A stretch of DNA of 63,925 nucleotides, filler included, from Octopus bimaculoides (Eukaryota), in NCBI RefSeq assembly GCF_001194135.2. It is 7 parts of 6 records of this genome, joined end to end, with 100 filler letters (N's around TTAATTAATTAA, not from the genome) between each part and the next. Parts side by side here need not be neighbours in the genome. Positions count along the whole stretch, not along the records: positions 1 to 8,193 come from NC_068989.1; positions 8,294 to 19,783 come from NC_068989.1; 5 more parts are not named here. One strand, 5' to 3'. The translations under genes and the position numbers were made by a program. Below are positions 1 to 14,454 of this stretch, piece after piece. Below the pieces are notes generated by a model. It was not told the DNA's origin, ran no database searches, and saw only the letters and a program-made list of their open reading frames with translations. Within the stretch, counting starts at the first letter, position 1. Each line of letters begins with the position of its first letter.

Positions 1-192
1 ATATATATATATATATATGAGTGACAGCTATGATTTGTTTGCAACTACTTCTGGAATGTTAAACTATAAATATCATCGTTAGGGCAGAGGTATTTATTCT
101 CATACTAACCTATATATTTTACAATTAGCGTAATCTGTTCTTTCTTTCCGATTGCAGATTTTTTTTTCTTTTCTGCAAATACCAATGCAAAA

Positions 193-197
<5 letters not shown>

Positions 198-253
<56 letters not shown>
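198..253. repeat. (ATT)n microsatellite
   Basis: Direct read of tandem ATT units. Confidence 0.95.
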
Positions 254-257
<4 letters not shown>

Positions 258-625
258 TATCGTCATCATCATGTTTTATTTTTGTTATTGATGTTATTTT
301 TATTATTTTCAATAGTAGATTTTTGTTCTTGTCGATGTCATTGTTGTAATACCCTCTAGCGTTTTTTTTTTTAATCTTTAATTATTTCAATCCTTCCTTT
401 CTGCTCTTCTTCCAAAGAGATTTTTTTTTTCACCTCTGCAACCGTAATCTGTTATTTTTATCCATATTTTTTCCGGAATATTCTTTTGTTATAACGCACG
501 CACTTATTATTTTTCATCCGGATAAATTGTGTTCTTGTACTGCAAGATATATATATTTTTTTCATCTATTGTTCCGATGTACTTCAAAATATAATAAGAG
601 TTCCTTAAGGTCAACACACACAAAC

Positions 626-668
<43 letters not shown>

Positions 669-916
669 TATATACACACACGCGCACACAGACAAACATA
701 CTCACAAACATACACATACACACACACACGCACACACACAGGCATATTCATAAACATACACGCTTATATACTCAAAGATCGATATGCATCTATATTTATA
801 ACTCTATACATCGTCTTTTGTATGCATATGTATATATATATATACATACAGTTTTATGTGTGTTTGCATATGTACCTTACATATGTATTTATACACACAC
901 ATATGTCATACTATAT

Positions 917-960
<44 letters not shown>

Positions 961-974
961 TATATATATATATT

Positions 975-1135
975 GGAGCAGGCATGGCTGTGTTGTACGA
1001 AGCTTCCTTCTCAACCACACAGTTCCGGGTTCAGCTCCACTGCGTGGCACTTCGGACATGTGCCTTCTACTATAGTTTCGCGCCGACCAAAGCTTTGTGA
1101 GTGGATTTAATCGGCGAAAACTCAGAGAAGCTTGT

Positions 1136-1137
<2 letters not shown>
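975..1137 (+). mobile_element. SINE family A, 5' half (tRNA-like head plus CORE-like segment)
   Basis: Similar to copies at 30350 and 40608. A-box-like TGGCTGTGTTG, B-box-like GGTTCAGCTCC, and a GCACTTCGGACATGTG variant of GCACCTTGGGCAAGTG; followed by (TA)n. Confidence 0.85.
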
Positions 1138-1199
<62 letters not shown>

Positions 1200-1697
1200 C
1201 GACAAACTTCTTATGAATCTGCGTGCTTGTGTGTGTGTGCGTGTGTATGTGTCTATGTGCGTGTGTGTGTATGTTTGTGTGCGTTTGTGATGTATGTTTT
1301 TGTGTGCGCGTGTGTGTGTGAGTGTATGCATATGTGTGTGTATGCATATAGATAGATAGATATACATATATAGATATAAATAAACTTATATATTTATATT
1401 ATATATTCATAAATATATACGTATACATGTGTGTACGAGTGTATCTAAATATTATGTTCGTGTGTATGTTTGTGTGGGTGCGTAAGTGTTTGGTTGTGTG
1501 GATGTTTGTGCAAGTTAATTAATTTTTCGTTGTCGTACGCTACGCAGGTGATGAAAAAATACCCGCCGACTATTCGTTCAATCTCTTTTTTTTTCAACTA
1601 TCATCTCCTCGATGTTTGGCTGAGCCAAGCTTGTTCAAGACGGAGAGGCGTTCATGGCATATTCGCGATTACCTACACACACACACGAACACTCACA

Positions 1698-1731
<34 letters not shown>

Positions 1732-2954
1732 TACGCACGCACATATTTTTAATTATATGCATTTGTGTGTTTATATACTTCTCAGCCTTTCTATATCTAT
1801 ATCTATATACACAGATACACACACCCATATATTGCCGTTTAAAATAATTTTCTCATTGGACCTAAATTGTTTAACCCTCTAGCATTTAGCTTGGTTTAGC
1901 ATTTTACCTGCTTATGCTCAAAGAGGCTATATCTGGCCTCTCACGCCTACCCGATAATGTCATTCTAAAAATAAACAATCTCGTCCCTAAAATCTCATAG
2001 CTATGAGATAATGCATGATTAATTCAAACCAATGTGAATAAATAAGTTTCACGTTCGAGAAAATAATCTCAATGCTTAAGGCTCAAACGGTTCAAGTGTT
2101 AGTTATCGCACTCGGTGGGATACGCAGACTGTTTTGATACAAGACACTAATGTCTTATGCAAATCGATATATCTTAAAGACAGATCAAAATATATAATCA
2201 GATGTTTAAAATGTCGTTCATTTCAAAAGCTTTCTTGCAGCGTGTTTAAATTTGACACTAAAAGATCTTCGCCTTCGGAAATAAGACCAGAATATCCGAA
2301 AAAGACATGTATAGCAAAAATTGACGAGACCATCCTCCACATATATCGAGAATATATCTTCGGGGAAGGTTTTATCGAAATGCATGAAAAAAAATGAATG
2401 AATTTAATTTTCAGATATTGTATATAATAAAAGAAATTATAAAAATGGTTTAAAGGAATATATACAAAAAATGTTGCTCATATGAACATACATACACGCG
2501 GGCATACTCGTATTCACACAGACGCACACACACGTGTGCGGGTGTGTGTGTTGAAATATATGGATACTATTCCATTAAGGTCCCTCGAAAATTGATATTG
2601 TTTCCCTTACTTGGCCGTAGGGGCATTATGTTATATATGCCTACTTTCCATCCTTCAACGAGCAATACAGATATAGGTATGTGTAAGAACGTGTCTGCAT
2701 GTATGAATGTGTATTAGCGCATGCGTACATATATAATAATATAATAAATATACATATNNNNNNNNNNNNNNNNNNNNNNNNNNNNNNNNNNNNNNNNNNN
2801 NNNNNNNNNNNNNNNNNNNNNNNNNNNNNNNNNNNNNNNNNNNNNNNNNNNNNNNNNNNNNNNNNNNNNNNNNNNNNNNNNNNNNNNNNNNNNNNNNNNN
2901 NNNNNNNNNNNNNNNNNNNNNNNNNNNNNNNNNNNNNNNNNNNNNNATATATGC

Positions 2955-3012
<58 letters not shown>

Positions 3013-3489
3013 GCGTGTAAATATGTGTATATATACATGCATACATTCATGCATGTACATGTGTGTGTTTGCGTTTGAATATATATACACATGCACACTG
3101 CTATACTTCTTTCTATAACTAAATAGATTTATATTTTGCCGACAAATCTTTATAGCCTGAAGATACGGGTTTTTTTTTATTTGCTTTACTCGATATTTTA
3201 CAAAGACGAAAGCAATCGATTAGATTCTATGAAACCTATGAACCTTAACTAAGAATTCGTATATTCTTATATTATACACAGACGCAGTTGGTTAAATAAT
3301 TTTATGGTCTATAATAAAATATGTGAAAGAGTAAAATATTAAACAGGACCTAGTAAGGAAGTCCTTGGTTCAAAGTTGAAAGAAAAATCCGAGAGTATAC
3401 TGAAAGAAAAACCTCAATCATACAAATCCTTGCAAGGTGACTAAATCTTTAACACGTCGGACAAAGTACATATCTGCATTTCTTTCGAA

Positions 3490-3640
3490 TTTTTGTTTTC
3501 ACTTCAAATCGGGCCAAGGTCAACTTTGTCTTTCGTCCCTGTCATCCGGCATCGACGTAATTAATTTCTTCCTTTCTCCAAAGAATGCTGGCCTCTCTAC
3601 CGTCCAGAGTAAGTTTGTAATTTCGGTCAGTTATATGCTC
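3490..3640 (+). mobile_element. SINE family B, degenerate fragment
   Basis: Matches the TTCAAAT..CCAAGGTCAACTTTG..CTTTC..AATGCTGGCC parts of the family B copies at 13425 and 23110. Confidence 0.6.
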
Positions 3641-3890
3641 TAGAAACCAAATTTATGTGCCCTAGCGCTAAGAAAAATAAATTAATTAAATTAAATTAAA
3701 TTAAATTTTAAAAAATAATAACAATAATGATAATAATAAATAAATAACTAAATAAATAAATAGTGATGAACAAGATTTTCTGTGTTGCACTAGGTTTTCC
3801 AATAATGAAAAGCCGGAAAGCATATACACTACATATGGTTTATAATTTAATTGCTCTCGAGAACTGCTTCAATTAAGTATCAGGTACATA

Positions 3891-4193
3891 ATGATCGTGG
3901 GATTGCACCTAGAAAATTATGCTAAAGGCACAACTCCAGGCAAGTTTGTTCATGGAACACCAACAGTAACCTATGTACACCAGCTTCTCCTCTCCCTATG
4001 TAAGGGAAAGATAAAGACCGATACGGCTTGGCACCAGTGATGTCACAATTCATTTCTAAAGCTGAGGGAACGGGAACAACGTGAAATAAAGTGTTTTGCT
4101 CAAGAATACAACACACAACCCGGTCCGGGAATCGAATCCCCCACCTCGTGTTCGTGCGCCCGACGCTCTAACCACTCAGCCATGCGCCTTCAC
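3891..4193 (-). mobile_element. SINE family C (tRNA-derived head)
   Basis: Minus strand starts GTGAAGGCGCATGGCTGAGTGGTTAGAGCGTCGGG (A box), then GGATTCGATTCCCGG (B box). Related copy at 50775-51010. Confidence 0.8.
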
Positions 4194-4588
4194 ATACATA
4201 TATCGGATAATAATTACAAATGATTAATTAATTGATTATGAATCTTAATTATATGAATGATGTTTTCACTGTACTCGAACAGCTGTACAGAACAATTACA
4301 TGACGAGTCATATGTAAAATTTACGCTTTTATGCATTTTTGCAATGAGACACAGACACTCATATTTATATATTCACACCCCCACACACACTTACACACAC
4401 AATCACACACATTTACACACATACACCTACCTGTTTATTGATACACACATATATTTTCATTTATATATATAATTTTATAGGATGGTTAAGCAATAGTTAG
4501 TTGAGATAAGATAGGAAATAGAGAGTGAATGTAGGGATAATGCATTTATCTTATCTAAACTAATTATTGCTTAACCATCCTCTCACAC

Positions 4589-4637
4589 CGTCTCCGATGA
4601 AGGGATATAATAAATATCCTGGAAACAGCTGTAAGAC
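4589..4637 (+). ncRNA. Minimal type I hammerhead ribozyme motif, PLE-type, one core mutation (CCGATGA)
   Basis: GTCT-CCGATGA-AGGGATAT/ATATCCT-G-GAAAC-AGCT-GTA-AGAC. Stems I, II and III are present; U4 is changed to C. Confidence 0.7.
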
Positions 4638-4660
4638 CTATTTATAAATGTTCTATATTA

Positions 4661-4709
<49 letters not shown>

Positions 4710-4747
4710 CAATACATATATATATAAATGAATCTCTATATATGTGT

Positions 4748-4870
4748 GTGTATTGAGATAAATAGATAGACAGACAGACAGACAGACAGAAAGACAGACG
4801 GACGGACGGACGGACGAACGGACGGATGGACAGACGGACGGACGGATGGATGGATGGATGGATTGTCGGA
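4748..4870. repeat. Compound tetranucleotide microsatellite AGAT>AGAC>GGAC>GGAT
   Basis: Direct read. Confidence 0.9.
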
Positions 4871-5868
4871 CGGATGTATACGTTTGTATAAATGTGTGTA
4901 CCGAATATGTATTCATATGCTTTCATATTTCATTTTGTCAATCATTTCTGCAAGACAATATGTAAATCTAACGCGCTCATTAATAGTGACATGCAAAATA
5001 TGTTTATCTTCTAACCGTTCGAAATAATGTTTATATCGCATATTCACGTTTTGTGAAAACATACAAGCAGAAACATTTAAAAAAATTATTTCTACATTCA
5101 AACTGCCGATGTAATGTTATTGGTTCTTGAGTATGAAAATGAAGTCACTTTCAGATTTTAGAAATGCAGAACTAAACATTTGATAAGCATGCATAGATAC
5201 ATGTTTAAATCTAATGCATGATTACTGCATTTATGTTATCGATTCGTTACAGCTTTACTTACGTCAGTGCAAGAACTGTTTCAATTCGTTCATAAACAGA
5301 ATTTTCAATGCTACTTCAGAATAACAATAACAGATTTCCTTTAATTATAGTTCATGTGTATAAAATGTGGATGCCTGTCTGTGTTTATGTGTGTGTGTAA
5401 GCGCGTGATTGTGGGCATATTTGCGTATTGGTGTGCGTCAGTGTACGAGTGTCTGTAAATAATTCTTGTGGTACGTGTGTTTGAATATTTGGTGCCAACT
5501 GGACTTGTAGTTCACGAGACATTTCAACATAGCTGGCTATTAGTGGTATAAAAAGTTGACGATGTGCCAACATTAGCATTGCAAGCAGTAAGATGAGTAA
5601 CGTTGATTAATTATTCACTTAAATTAGATATAAAAACCTTGCAGATACTTATGCATACATACACCATACTTACTCGAAAGAAACAGAACACGCAAACGGA
5701 ATTTCCAAGAGATTCATATATGCGTACATCCAAAGATGAAAACCATCGCGCGCACACACACGTAAAAGAAGAGATCGGTAGACTCACTCATATATATACA
5801 TGCGTACATACATATTTATGTATTCATATACATATATATATATATATATACATATGTTTATATGTATA

Positions 5869-5906
<38 letters not shown>

Positions 5907-5951
5907 CGTGTGTGTATGTACATAAGTACACATGCAAGCACACCCACGCAA

Positions 5952-6054
<103 letters not shown>

Positions 6055-6736
6055 TCTATATACACACAAGAGTCTAGAATTGATCTTCCTTCGCTTAAAA
6101 CCGAAGGAAATCCATAAATCTCTTCTGGAATATTCCAAGAAATATTCAAAGAGAATTAAAGGACTTCAGGACTACAACCATTGCCTGCCTGTGCAATAGA
6201 AATGAAACGGAATATACGACTGAAAACAAACAAGCTTTATTTCATAAAAATTAGTTATGGTAAACTCATTAAAATTGCGCGAACATACATGGCTTCTACG
6301 AGATAATTTTGTTATCAGCAGGTGATTAAATACAACTGCGCACGTGCGCGCGCGCACACACACACACGCACACAACACACACACATGTATGTATACAATT
6401 ATGAACGTACGTATATACGCATGAATATATATGTATAAGTCACTACATTTCTTTCCCTTCTTCCATATATGTATAAGTATATATACATGCATACATATAT
6501 ACATACATATATATNNNNNNNNNNNNNNNNNNNNNNNNNNNNNNNNNNNNNNNNNNNNNNNNNNNNNNNNNNNNNNNNNNNNNNNNNNNNNNNNNNNNNN
6601 NNNNNNNNNNNNGTGTGTGTGTGTATGTGTGTGTGTGTGTGTGTGTGTCACTAAATACGACTAGGGTGTCACATCACCTATAATGGTAGGAATGACAGCT
6701 TAAATGCAGTAACGTTGTAGGTAAAGCCCATAATTG

Positions 6737-6777
<41 letters not shown>

Positions 6778-8138
6778 ACTGACAGGGACTACTATATGGG
6801 CTTAATTCTTTAGCAATGATAAATGAAACGAGACATTACTTATATACCCTTGGTGTTTAGTAACTATGTAGAATTAGCGTACGTTCTTTAGACAGGAGCT
6901 GTGACCCTCAGGACAGTTTAATTTCAATTGAAAATTTGGAACCACTGACGTGAACAAAAATATTTAACGTTAAATTTTTGCTGCCATTTAAGGAGAAACA
7001 CATATTGAAAATGCCAAAATAGTATATCAATAAGGTGCAGAATTAATAAAGATTACCTGAATTCATTTCCATATTGTATCCGCCCAGGCCTTTTCTTTAT
7101 ATACGTAAGATTTATACTTAATATATATGTTAAGAATATGGATATTCAGACGATGCATGTAGTAGATTCCATGAGTAACAAATCCTTATTATAATTTAAC
7201 GTGTTATAATTTATCGCATCAAATCGTTGTGTTTAAAATATTTGTAATATCACATAGCAAAGTGTGTGTATCCTCATTGCTTCGGTTGAGTATGCACTTT
7301 TAAATGTGGCGCCTATTTTTCACAGCGAGGCTAGCATTAAATCGCTGGGATAGTTAAAATCTAATTGCATATGGAGCAAACAGATGGCGTCTAAACTATT
7401 GAAATATGTGATTATTCGTCACTTATCTGCAAACAAATTCTCACTTTCCCCTAAATATATATGTTAACTCGAGAGATAAATACTCATTTTTTTTTTTCGT
7501 TTTTAAATTATCTCGCCTACTATTGTAGAGTTGCTAGCTATTTCTTCTTCCCATTAAACATGAATTAATACAAATATGTTGTGTGCGCTAGAGTACGTAA
7601 TCGCAAAACTCATTTACACAACAATCGTCGAAGTAAACCTTCATTTGCATTACACGTATAAAACAGAACTGGATGTTAAAATGTTTTGTGAAAATAGACA
7701 TCATAAACGGATCTAAGCAAGTTATGGCAAGCGTTACCAGCAAGATACGCTGATTAATCTATAGTTATGTAGATTTTGTCGTAGGTAGCAACATGAGGTT
7801 ACAAAAGTGTTCTGAAATATTTCCGGCATTAATAAACATGAATACAATTTATCAATGCATCAATAAGAATATAGAAATATTTACCTACATATTGCGAAAA
7901 GCATTTGTCTGAATACTCGATGAAATGATTAAATCAAAGCGTTTTCAATTCATAACTAGGAAAAGCATTTCAGAGAGTAATTTTCGTTCAAATGATCAGA
8001 TTAAATTTCAACATTAAAAAATAAAAGTCCCAGCAAAACATCTGTTAGAAATTTAAAAAAAAAAAATAATAGCTGCCCAGTAATACTGATATTTATATGA
8101 TACACCACATATACATACACACACAAACTCGCACGCGC

Positions 8139-8193
<55 letters not shown>

Positions 8194-8293
8194 NNNNNNN
8201 NNNNNNNNNNNNNNNNNNNNNNNNNNNNNNNNNNNNNTTAATTAATTAANNNNNNNNNNNNNNNNNNNNNNNNNNNNNNNNNNNNNNNNNNNN

Positions 8294-8327
<34 letters not shown>

Positions 8328-10309
8328 GTATATGCATATACACATAAACACATATATGTACATATACATACGTGTGTGTGTGTGTGTGTGTGTGAGTATG
8401 TGCGTGCGTGTGTGTGTGTATAGCCTGCTACACAGTTTCCACCTTCCAGATTTCAGTCGCAAAAAAATTGTCAAGTCAAGACTACCATTCAAGATATTTA
8501 CCCATATTGCCGAGTTACAGAATTGAACTTGAAACCGTTGAGCTAAGCCTGCATCGATTAAAGAGGTGACAGATATTGATGGCTTTAACCTGAGTTACAG
8601 CGCTGAAACTCAAAAGTATTAACACTGATGAGATATGAACGGTACTTACTTCAGGTGGTTGGTAATTGATAAAGTTTAGTTTTAGTTAACACATATCGAA
8701 TAGAACATGTACTAAAATCTTCAAGCTGACTCTACTCCGTACTTTTTCAGGTATAGTGCATCTGGTACTACTTTATCCAACATGCTCATTTTTTTAATGA
8801 TTACTAATAGTTATTTAATGGAGTTTTAGTTGCTATTTCTAGCAGGTCGAGCTATATGATAGAAACTCCTATATTGACTTATAAGCTGATCAGATTTTTA
8901 TTGTTTAAAACTTTTTTTAATAGTTAAATCTGGAAGAAAGAACTGTACCTATTGACTTCACAGACCCTCAGAGACTGGTATGTTCAGTATAGTTGGTATC
9001 GTCGTCTTAACTGCAAATCGGTGTCTGTTGAAAATGACTGGCAAGAAAAGGAATTCCAGTGGTAGATAGACTTAATACAAGTGGCGAGAGGAGTGGAGAC
9101 GAATGTGACCGAGATGGCCCTGGGTGGAGATCCTGAAATCAGCTGTCTCCGAAAAGCAGAGGTTATTGTAATTAATAGCAGTATGAAAAGCAGAATAAGA
9201 AGACATTCTGTCTACAGATCAGATACCTTGGAATGTGTTAGCAAATGACTCCACACTAGTTAGGTGGTCTATACAGTCGGCAAGTTAAAGATGTACTGGA
9301 ATATTAAATAATGACCTTTTAGCTTGTAGATTGGTTTTCTTATTTAGTGTATCAGTTCAATGTGTAACTTGAAATTCGAGCTATAAATGCTCTTATTTGG
9401 CCTTTAGGAAATCTAATGTCGTAATTTCATGCATCACAGCTTCAGATAGTATTGCTATTGGTATACGTGGTGTGCCTTTGTATGAGCTGTTGTTGTTTAA
9501 CCCCAGGTCAGCTTTGATAGAGAAACCCTAGGGTCAAAGGCATTCGAGCCATGAATCGTTCATTATGTATTTCTTAAGAATGTTTCGGGCCACATACATT
9601 GTCTGTGTATTTCCTTTCTCCAGAAAGAAAAGTGTGTGGTTGTACGTCTTGCGCATCAAGAATGTAATATAAATTAGACTGATGTTCTATGAGTTTACAA
9701 GGCATTTGCATCATATATAATGGGAGTAGAATGTGTGGATTTGATTGGTGTTCTGATTCTCATAAACTATTTGAGGGTTCATTGTGTTTAAATTTGGTCC
9801 AGTTTTCAGACGTTAAGAAAGGACAGGAAATACCTATCTTTAGATACGATGTTAATGGTTATGTTTATTAATCCATCATTTACCGAATTATCAACTTCAG
9901 ACTATATGTTTACAATATTCATATCTACACTATGTTTGAATTGTTGTGATCTCCAGTTTTCATCAAGTGTCATATTCTTGTACTATTATGTATACAATTA
10001 GGAAAAGACAACTGATGATTATCAGTGATGAAATCTGCTGAAATTCTTATGTAAATGTAATTATTGTAAATAACCCTCTAAAGCTGACGTTAGTAGTCCT
10101 GAAATTTATAAACTTCTATAACAACTCACATAAGATATTTAGACATTTAAATGGTAGGTTTGGCTTGGTGAGATTTTCATCTTAACGATGTGTATCACGT
10201 GACAAAATGGCGTTTATTCCTGGCCACAAATATTAAACTTTCCATGTAGAATTAAAATATGTAAAACACGTGACAATATGGTGTTATGAGGAAAAGAGGG
10301 TATTTACAT

Positions 10310-11090
10310 AAAATATCCAACAACTAGGAATGTTTTTAATTTGGCCAAACTGAAATTCAAAACAAAGGCTTTTACTTCACTCATTAGGGAACTCTTATAC
10401 GCTAACGATATCACTCTGAAATGGGCTTGCCGTCTCTTGTATCTGTATTTGACTCAGCTTTTGATGATTTGTGCTTGAAAACAAAAAACAGTTGTAATAT
10501 TTCAACCAGCACATGGTGCTAGTTGCGACCCCACTAAAGTTTTCGCTATGGTTAAGTTACTTGAAGTTGTTGACTCTTTCATCTACCTAGGAAGCTCTGT
10601 AAAACATGATGGAAATCTGGACACAGAAATACATCTGCGAATTAAAAGGGTAACACGATCATTTGGTGGTTTGGAGTCACGCATTTGGTGCCAATGGCAT
10701 AAATAACAAAATTGGCTCTCTACAAATCGTTTGTCTTACCATCTATGATGTATTCTTCTGAAACATAGACGTGTTATGAAAGACATTTCAAGGTGTCAGA
10801 ACGATTCCACCAAAAATATCTTTGCCACATTTTAAATATTAAATGGAGCTTTGGTACTCCAGACACAGATGTCTTTGCGTCTTCAGGTATCACTTCAATT
10901 AAATCAATTATTCTGAAAAATCAAATGAGATGGTCTAGCCATATTGTTCGAATGGCAGATGAACGCACACCAAACATCTGTTTTATGGCGAGCTTGCAGA
11001 AGAGAAACGCAATCGGTGTAAACCTAAAAGGAGGTCTAAGGACGGCATAAGGACTACCATGACATCACTTGTAATGGATCCAAAGGCCAT
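10310..11090 (+). mobile_element. RTE-clade LINE reverse-transcriptase fragment, decayed
   Basis: Frames give FNLAKLKFKTK..IRELLYANDI (YADD-like), EVVDSFIYLGS, and QMRWSSHIVRMADERTP, with stops and frameshifts. Confidence 0.85.
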
Positions 11091-12252
11091 AGAAACCCAA
11101 CGAACCGACCGTGTGACAGATTGTACCGGATTACATATTAGCAACAGTGTTCAATGTGAACTGATGTAACATACATACATACATGTATATTCATGCACAC
11201 ACACATAAAAACACACACGCGTACAGCGTACAAATAGACAGACAGACAGGCATACGTACATATATATAAACACATTCGTGCGCACACAAACATATATACA
11301 AATATACAAACATGTTTACGCACAAAATGTACATACAGACAGACAGATACGCGCACACGCACGCACGCACGCACACACACACACACACACACACAACTTA
11401 AGTATATATTACAGTAACATCTGATATAATCTTGGTTGTTTGAAAAGGGACTTTTATGAGCCGGAAACAGATCTTTGTCTCCGTAACTCTACTCTTCAAA
11501 CAGTAACATTTACTACTCTAGATAATATTTTACTTGACTATCACTTGACATCGTGTACAGCTCTTCATTTCACTTGGACTTAGAACACTACTTTTGATGT
11601 TTTGTCTTTTTTATTTATTATTCTATATTTGTCTTCAAGAGGGAAGGCAGTGCCCATGAGTTTTTATAAGGCATCCGACACTGGGAAAGGAGTGGATTCA
11701 ATTTTTTCAAACTGGAGACCTGACCTGCCGTGGATGCTTGCTATAGAGTGGGCTCTGTCAGTTGCGTAAATAATAAGGGAGCAAGTGGAACGACCGCTCC
11801 CCTTAGCACATTTTTCAAAATTGGCGCCTTTTCAATTTTCGTTTAACTCTTGTTCACTTGTGCGATAAAAGTTTCATCTCTTCTTTTTTCTTTGTTAATT
11901 GTAGGGCCCTGGAAGATCTTTCTGGAGACTTTATTTGACCAACCTCCCGTGTTTTTGAACTGTATGCTTAATCTCCTGAGATGTGTTGGTGGCGGTTGAC
12001 ACCTGAAGAACCAAAACAGACCCCGACGTCATAACTTCTCGACACTGGACGATCCCGTGGAGTTTCATCTTTGTCGCGTCACACCTATATCACTAGTTGT
12101 AAGTTTCACGCATAATGATATTTTTACTGAAACCTAAAATTAATGAATGTAGAATACAATTACGTATATTATAACTATGAATCATTTCGCGTAATATAAG
12201 CCAAATGAGTCAAAAATTGTTTGGTATGTGTCACAGGAGTGTAGAACAACAT

Positions 12253-12778
12253 CCTACCCAGGACAACCCACCCACCACCACCATCACCACCCCAGGACAT
12301 AAACGCACCCCCAGGACAAAACACATACCCCCAGGACGGAACATCCCCTCAAACAAAAAAACCCGCACGAAACCCCTAGGACAAAAACCCCTAAGCTAAA
12401 GCCCCTCATTTTTTCTGGTTTTGAACTTTAACAGCATTGCAATATAATCTAAGTAATTTATTACTGAAGTAATCATGAAAAATATTATAATCTTTCTTTG
12501 CGTTGGTTCACTCCACATGATCATTGTTTGTCTACCTGAGTACCTGTACAGGGGGGATCACAATACTCGAGTACACAACACAATAATCATATAGAGTAAA
12601 CCGGCACATAGAAAGATTACAATATTTTTCATGATTACTTCAGCAGTAATGAATTAATTAAATTATATTTTTTCTTCTAATCTTACTGGTTTTAAATGAT
12701 ATTAAAGTTCAAAGACAGAAAAAATGTAACTGAGAATGTTTTGTACGAGTGGGGTTTTGTCTGTAACCCGTGTCACGG
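12253..12778. mobile_element. Non-autonomous element with tandem GGACA(A)AACCCC subrepeats and an inverted GGGGTTTTGTC end
   Basis: About six CCCCAGGAC/GGACAAAAACCCC units at 12255-12400 and GGGGTTTTGTCTGTAACC at about 12751. Confidence 0.5.
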
Positions 12779-12999
12779 CGCCTTTCTTTTCATGTGCTCG
12801 CTACCCACTAACTTTAGAACCTGGCTATGCTACTGGATTCTGCTAAAAGCACACTAGGTGCCGATGATGATGTAAAACCGGGTGACACATTAAGATTTGA
12901 ACGCGGGCTGCAAAGAGCTGGAACAAACCTCGCAAGGTACGCAGTCCGCCGTCCTTATCGTTCTGCCAAACTACCTCCCTGGGTTGTTACGTCATTATC

Positions 13000-13622
13000 G
13001 ATCTCGAAAAATGAAAGATAAGTCTGATGTCGGTGGGATTTGAAAGCAGCGTAGAGAGTTGAAACAAATACTGAGTGGCATTCCATCTAACATTCGTGCT
13101 GACAGAACTGTTAAAGCATTGGGAAAAAAATACCTTGCGATTTTGTTACGGCTCTTTATATTTTAAGTTCACATCTCGCTAAGGTTAACATTACCTTTCA
13201 TCCATCCATTTCTTTTTCTATTATAACGGCAAGGTCTGGAATTTTGAAATGGGGCGGAATCGATTATATCGATCCCAGTGCTTAAATGGTACTTATTTTC
13301 TTGACCACTACGGGAGGAAAGGAAAAGTCAACCTCAGCGGAATTGGAACTCAGAACTTCAAAACCGGAAGAACTACCGCTAAGCATTTGTGTCCGACATG
13401 TTAAAGATCCTGCTAGCCCCCACCTTAATGAGCTGGCGGAATCATTAGCACGCCAGGCAAAATGCTTTCGTCTGCATTTACGCTTTGAGTTCAAACGCCA
13501 CCAAGGTCGACTATGCCTTTCATCCTTGCGATAGTATAAGTACCAGTCAAGCACTGGGGTTGATATAATCGACTAATTTCCTCCCCAAAATTTCAGGCCT
13601 TGTGCCTATAATAGAAAGAGGT
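13000..13622. mobile_element. Cluster of four family B SINE copies in alternating orientation (-,+,-,+)
   Basis: About 13000-13090 (-), 13095-13205 (+), 13225-13420 (-), and 13425-13622 (+; nearly full, with GAGCTGGCGGAATCATTAG A box and GAGTTCAAA B box). Confidence 0.8.
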
Positions 13623-14454
13623 TTTTTTTTTCTTGTATTAGCAATACGGTTCCGTCATGGATAAGCTAGTGCGGATATTTTTCAAGATTTAGATGGGCTT
13701 TTTTTTTTTTAATCTGTTTTTAATTAGCTCAGGAAAGGTGAGTGCTAAGTTTCTTTTAATTTTTCTCGCATATTTAACAAATGAAATTTATTTTGAACAG
13801 TTACATATGTTCGACTAATATTCAACACGTGCATATCAATGTAACACCCCACTAAACAAGCAAAGATCCTAGCTTTTGCAAAAGAAAGAAAAAAAGAACA
13901 CAAATATAATTTAAGAAAATATTAACAACCTGGTAAAATAATTTTACTTCCATTCTTTTATTTCATAAATATAAATATTAGTGAAGTTAGCGAAATTGAC
14001 GACTTGCTTAACAACCAGAATGCGCTCACACAAATGTCTTCGCTGGCATCTAAACTGCGGACAAGTTCATAGTTTTGCATTTGCTTGTAATAACAATTTT
14101 TGAATATGAACAATTTGAGAATACACTTATTTAGCAATTTTTAACAAAATCAATCGCAGACTAGTACATTCAAGAAAAAGAAGAAAAAAAGGAGTCATCA
14201 ATTTATGTAACGCCCAAAACGGAACGGGTTTCCTGATGTCCACAGAGGAAAACTAGAACTAGTCCCATCGGGGCCTTATCTCCGTCCATTAGTCTAGAGA
14301 AGAGTTACTGTACTGTACCCGGTCGTTAAAACTGAAGACGAGCCGAAGAAACAGGTCGAGTCGGTAGGTCACACTTATGTTGCAATACTCAGATCGACAA
14401 AATTTGAGGATCTCAGTGAAATATGTTAACTCCGACGAAGTCTATGTGTGTGTG

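Noticed and set aside
527-1355. Long HT/YI/VC/RE/LS dipeptide-repeat ORFs here and throughout the window
   Set aside because: Translations of dinucleotide microsatellites, which lack stop codons.
4100-4193. tRNA-like A/B boxes here and at other SINE heads
   Set aside because: They continue into SINE bodies and lack a full cloverleaf, so they are not tRNA genes.
8238-8249. TTAATTAATTAA embedded in N runs, repeated at 19828, 43823, 50688, 58355 and 61675
   Set aside because: Always centred in a 100-base N-padded spacer and has stops in all frames: a scaffolding linker, not biology and not a CRISPR-like repeat.
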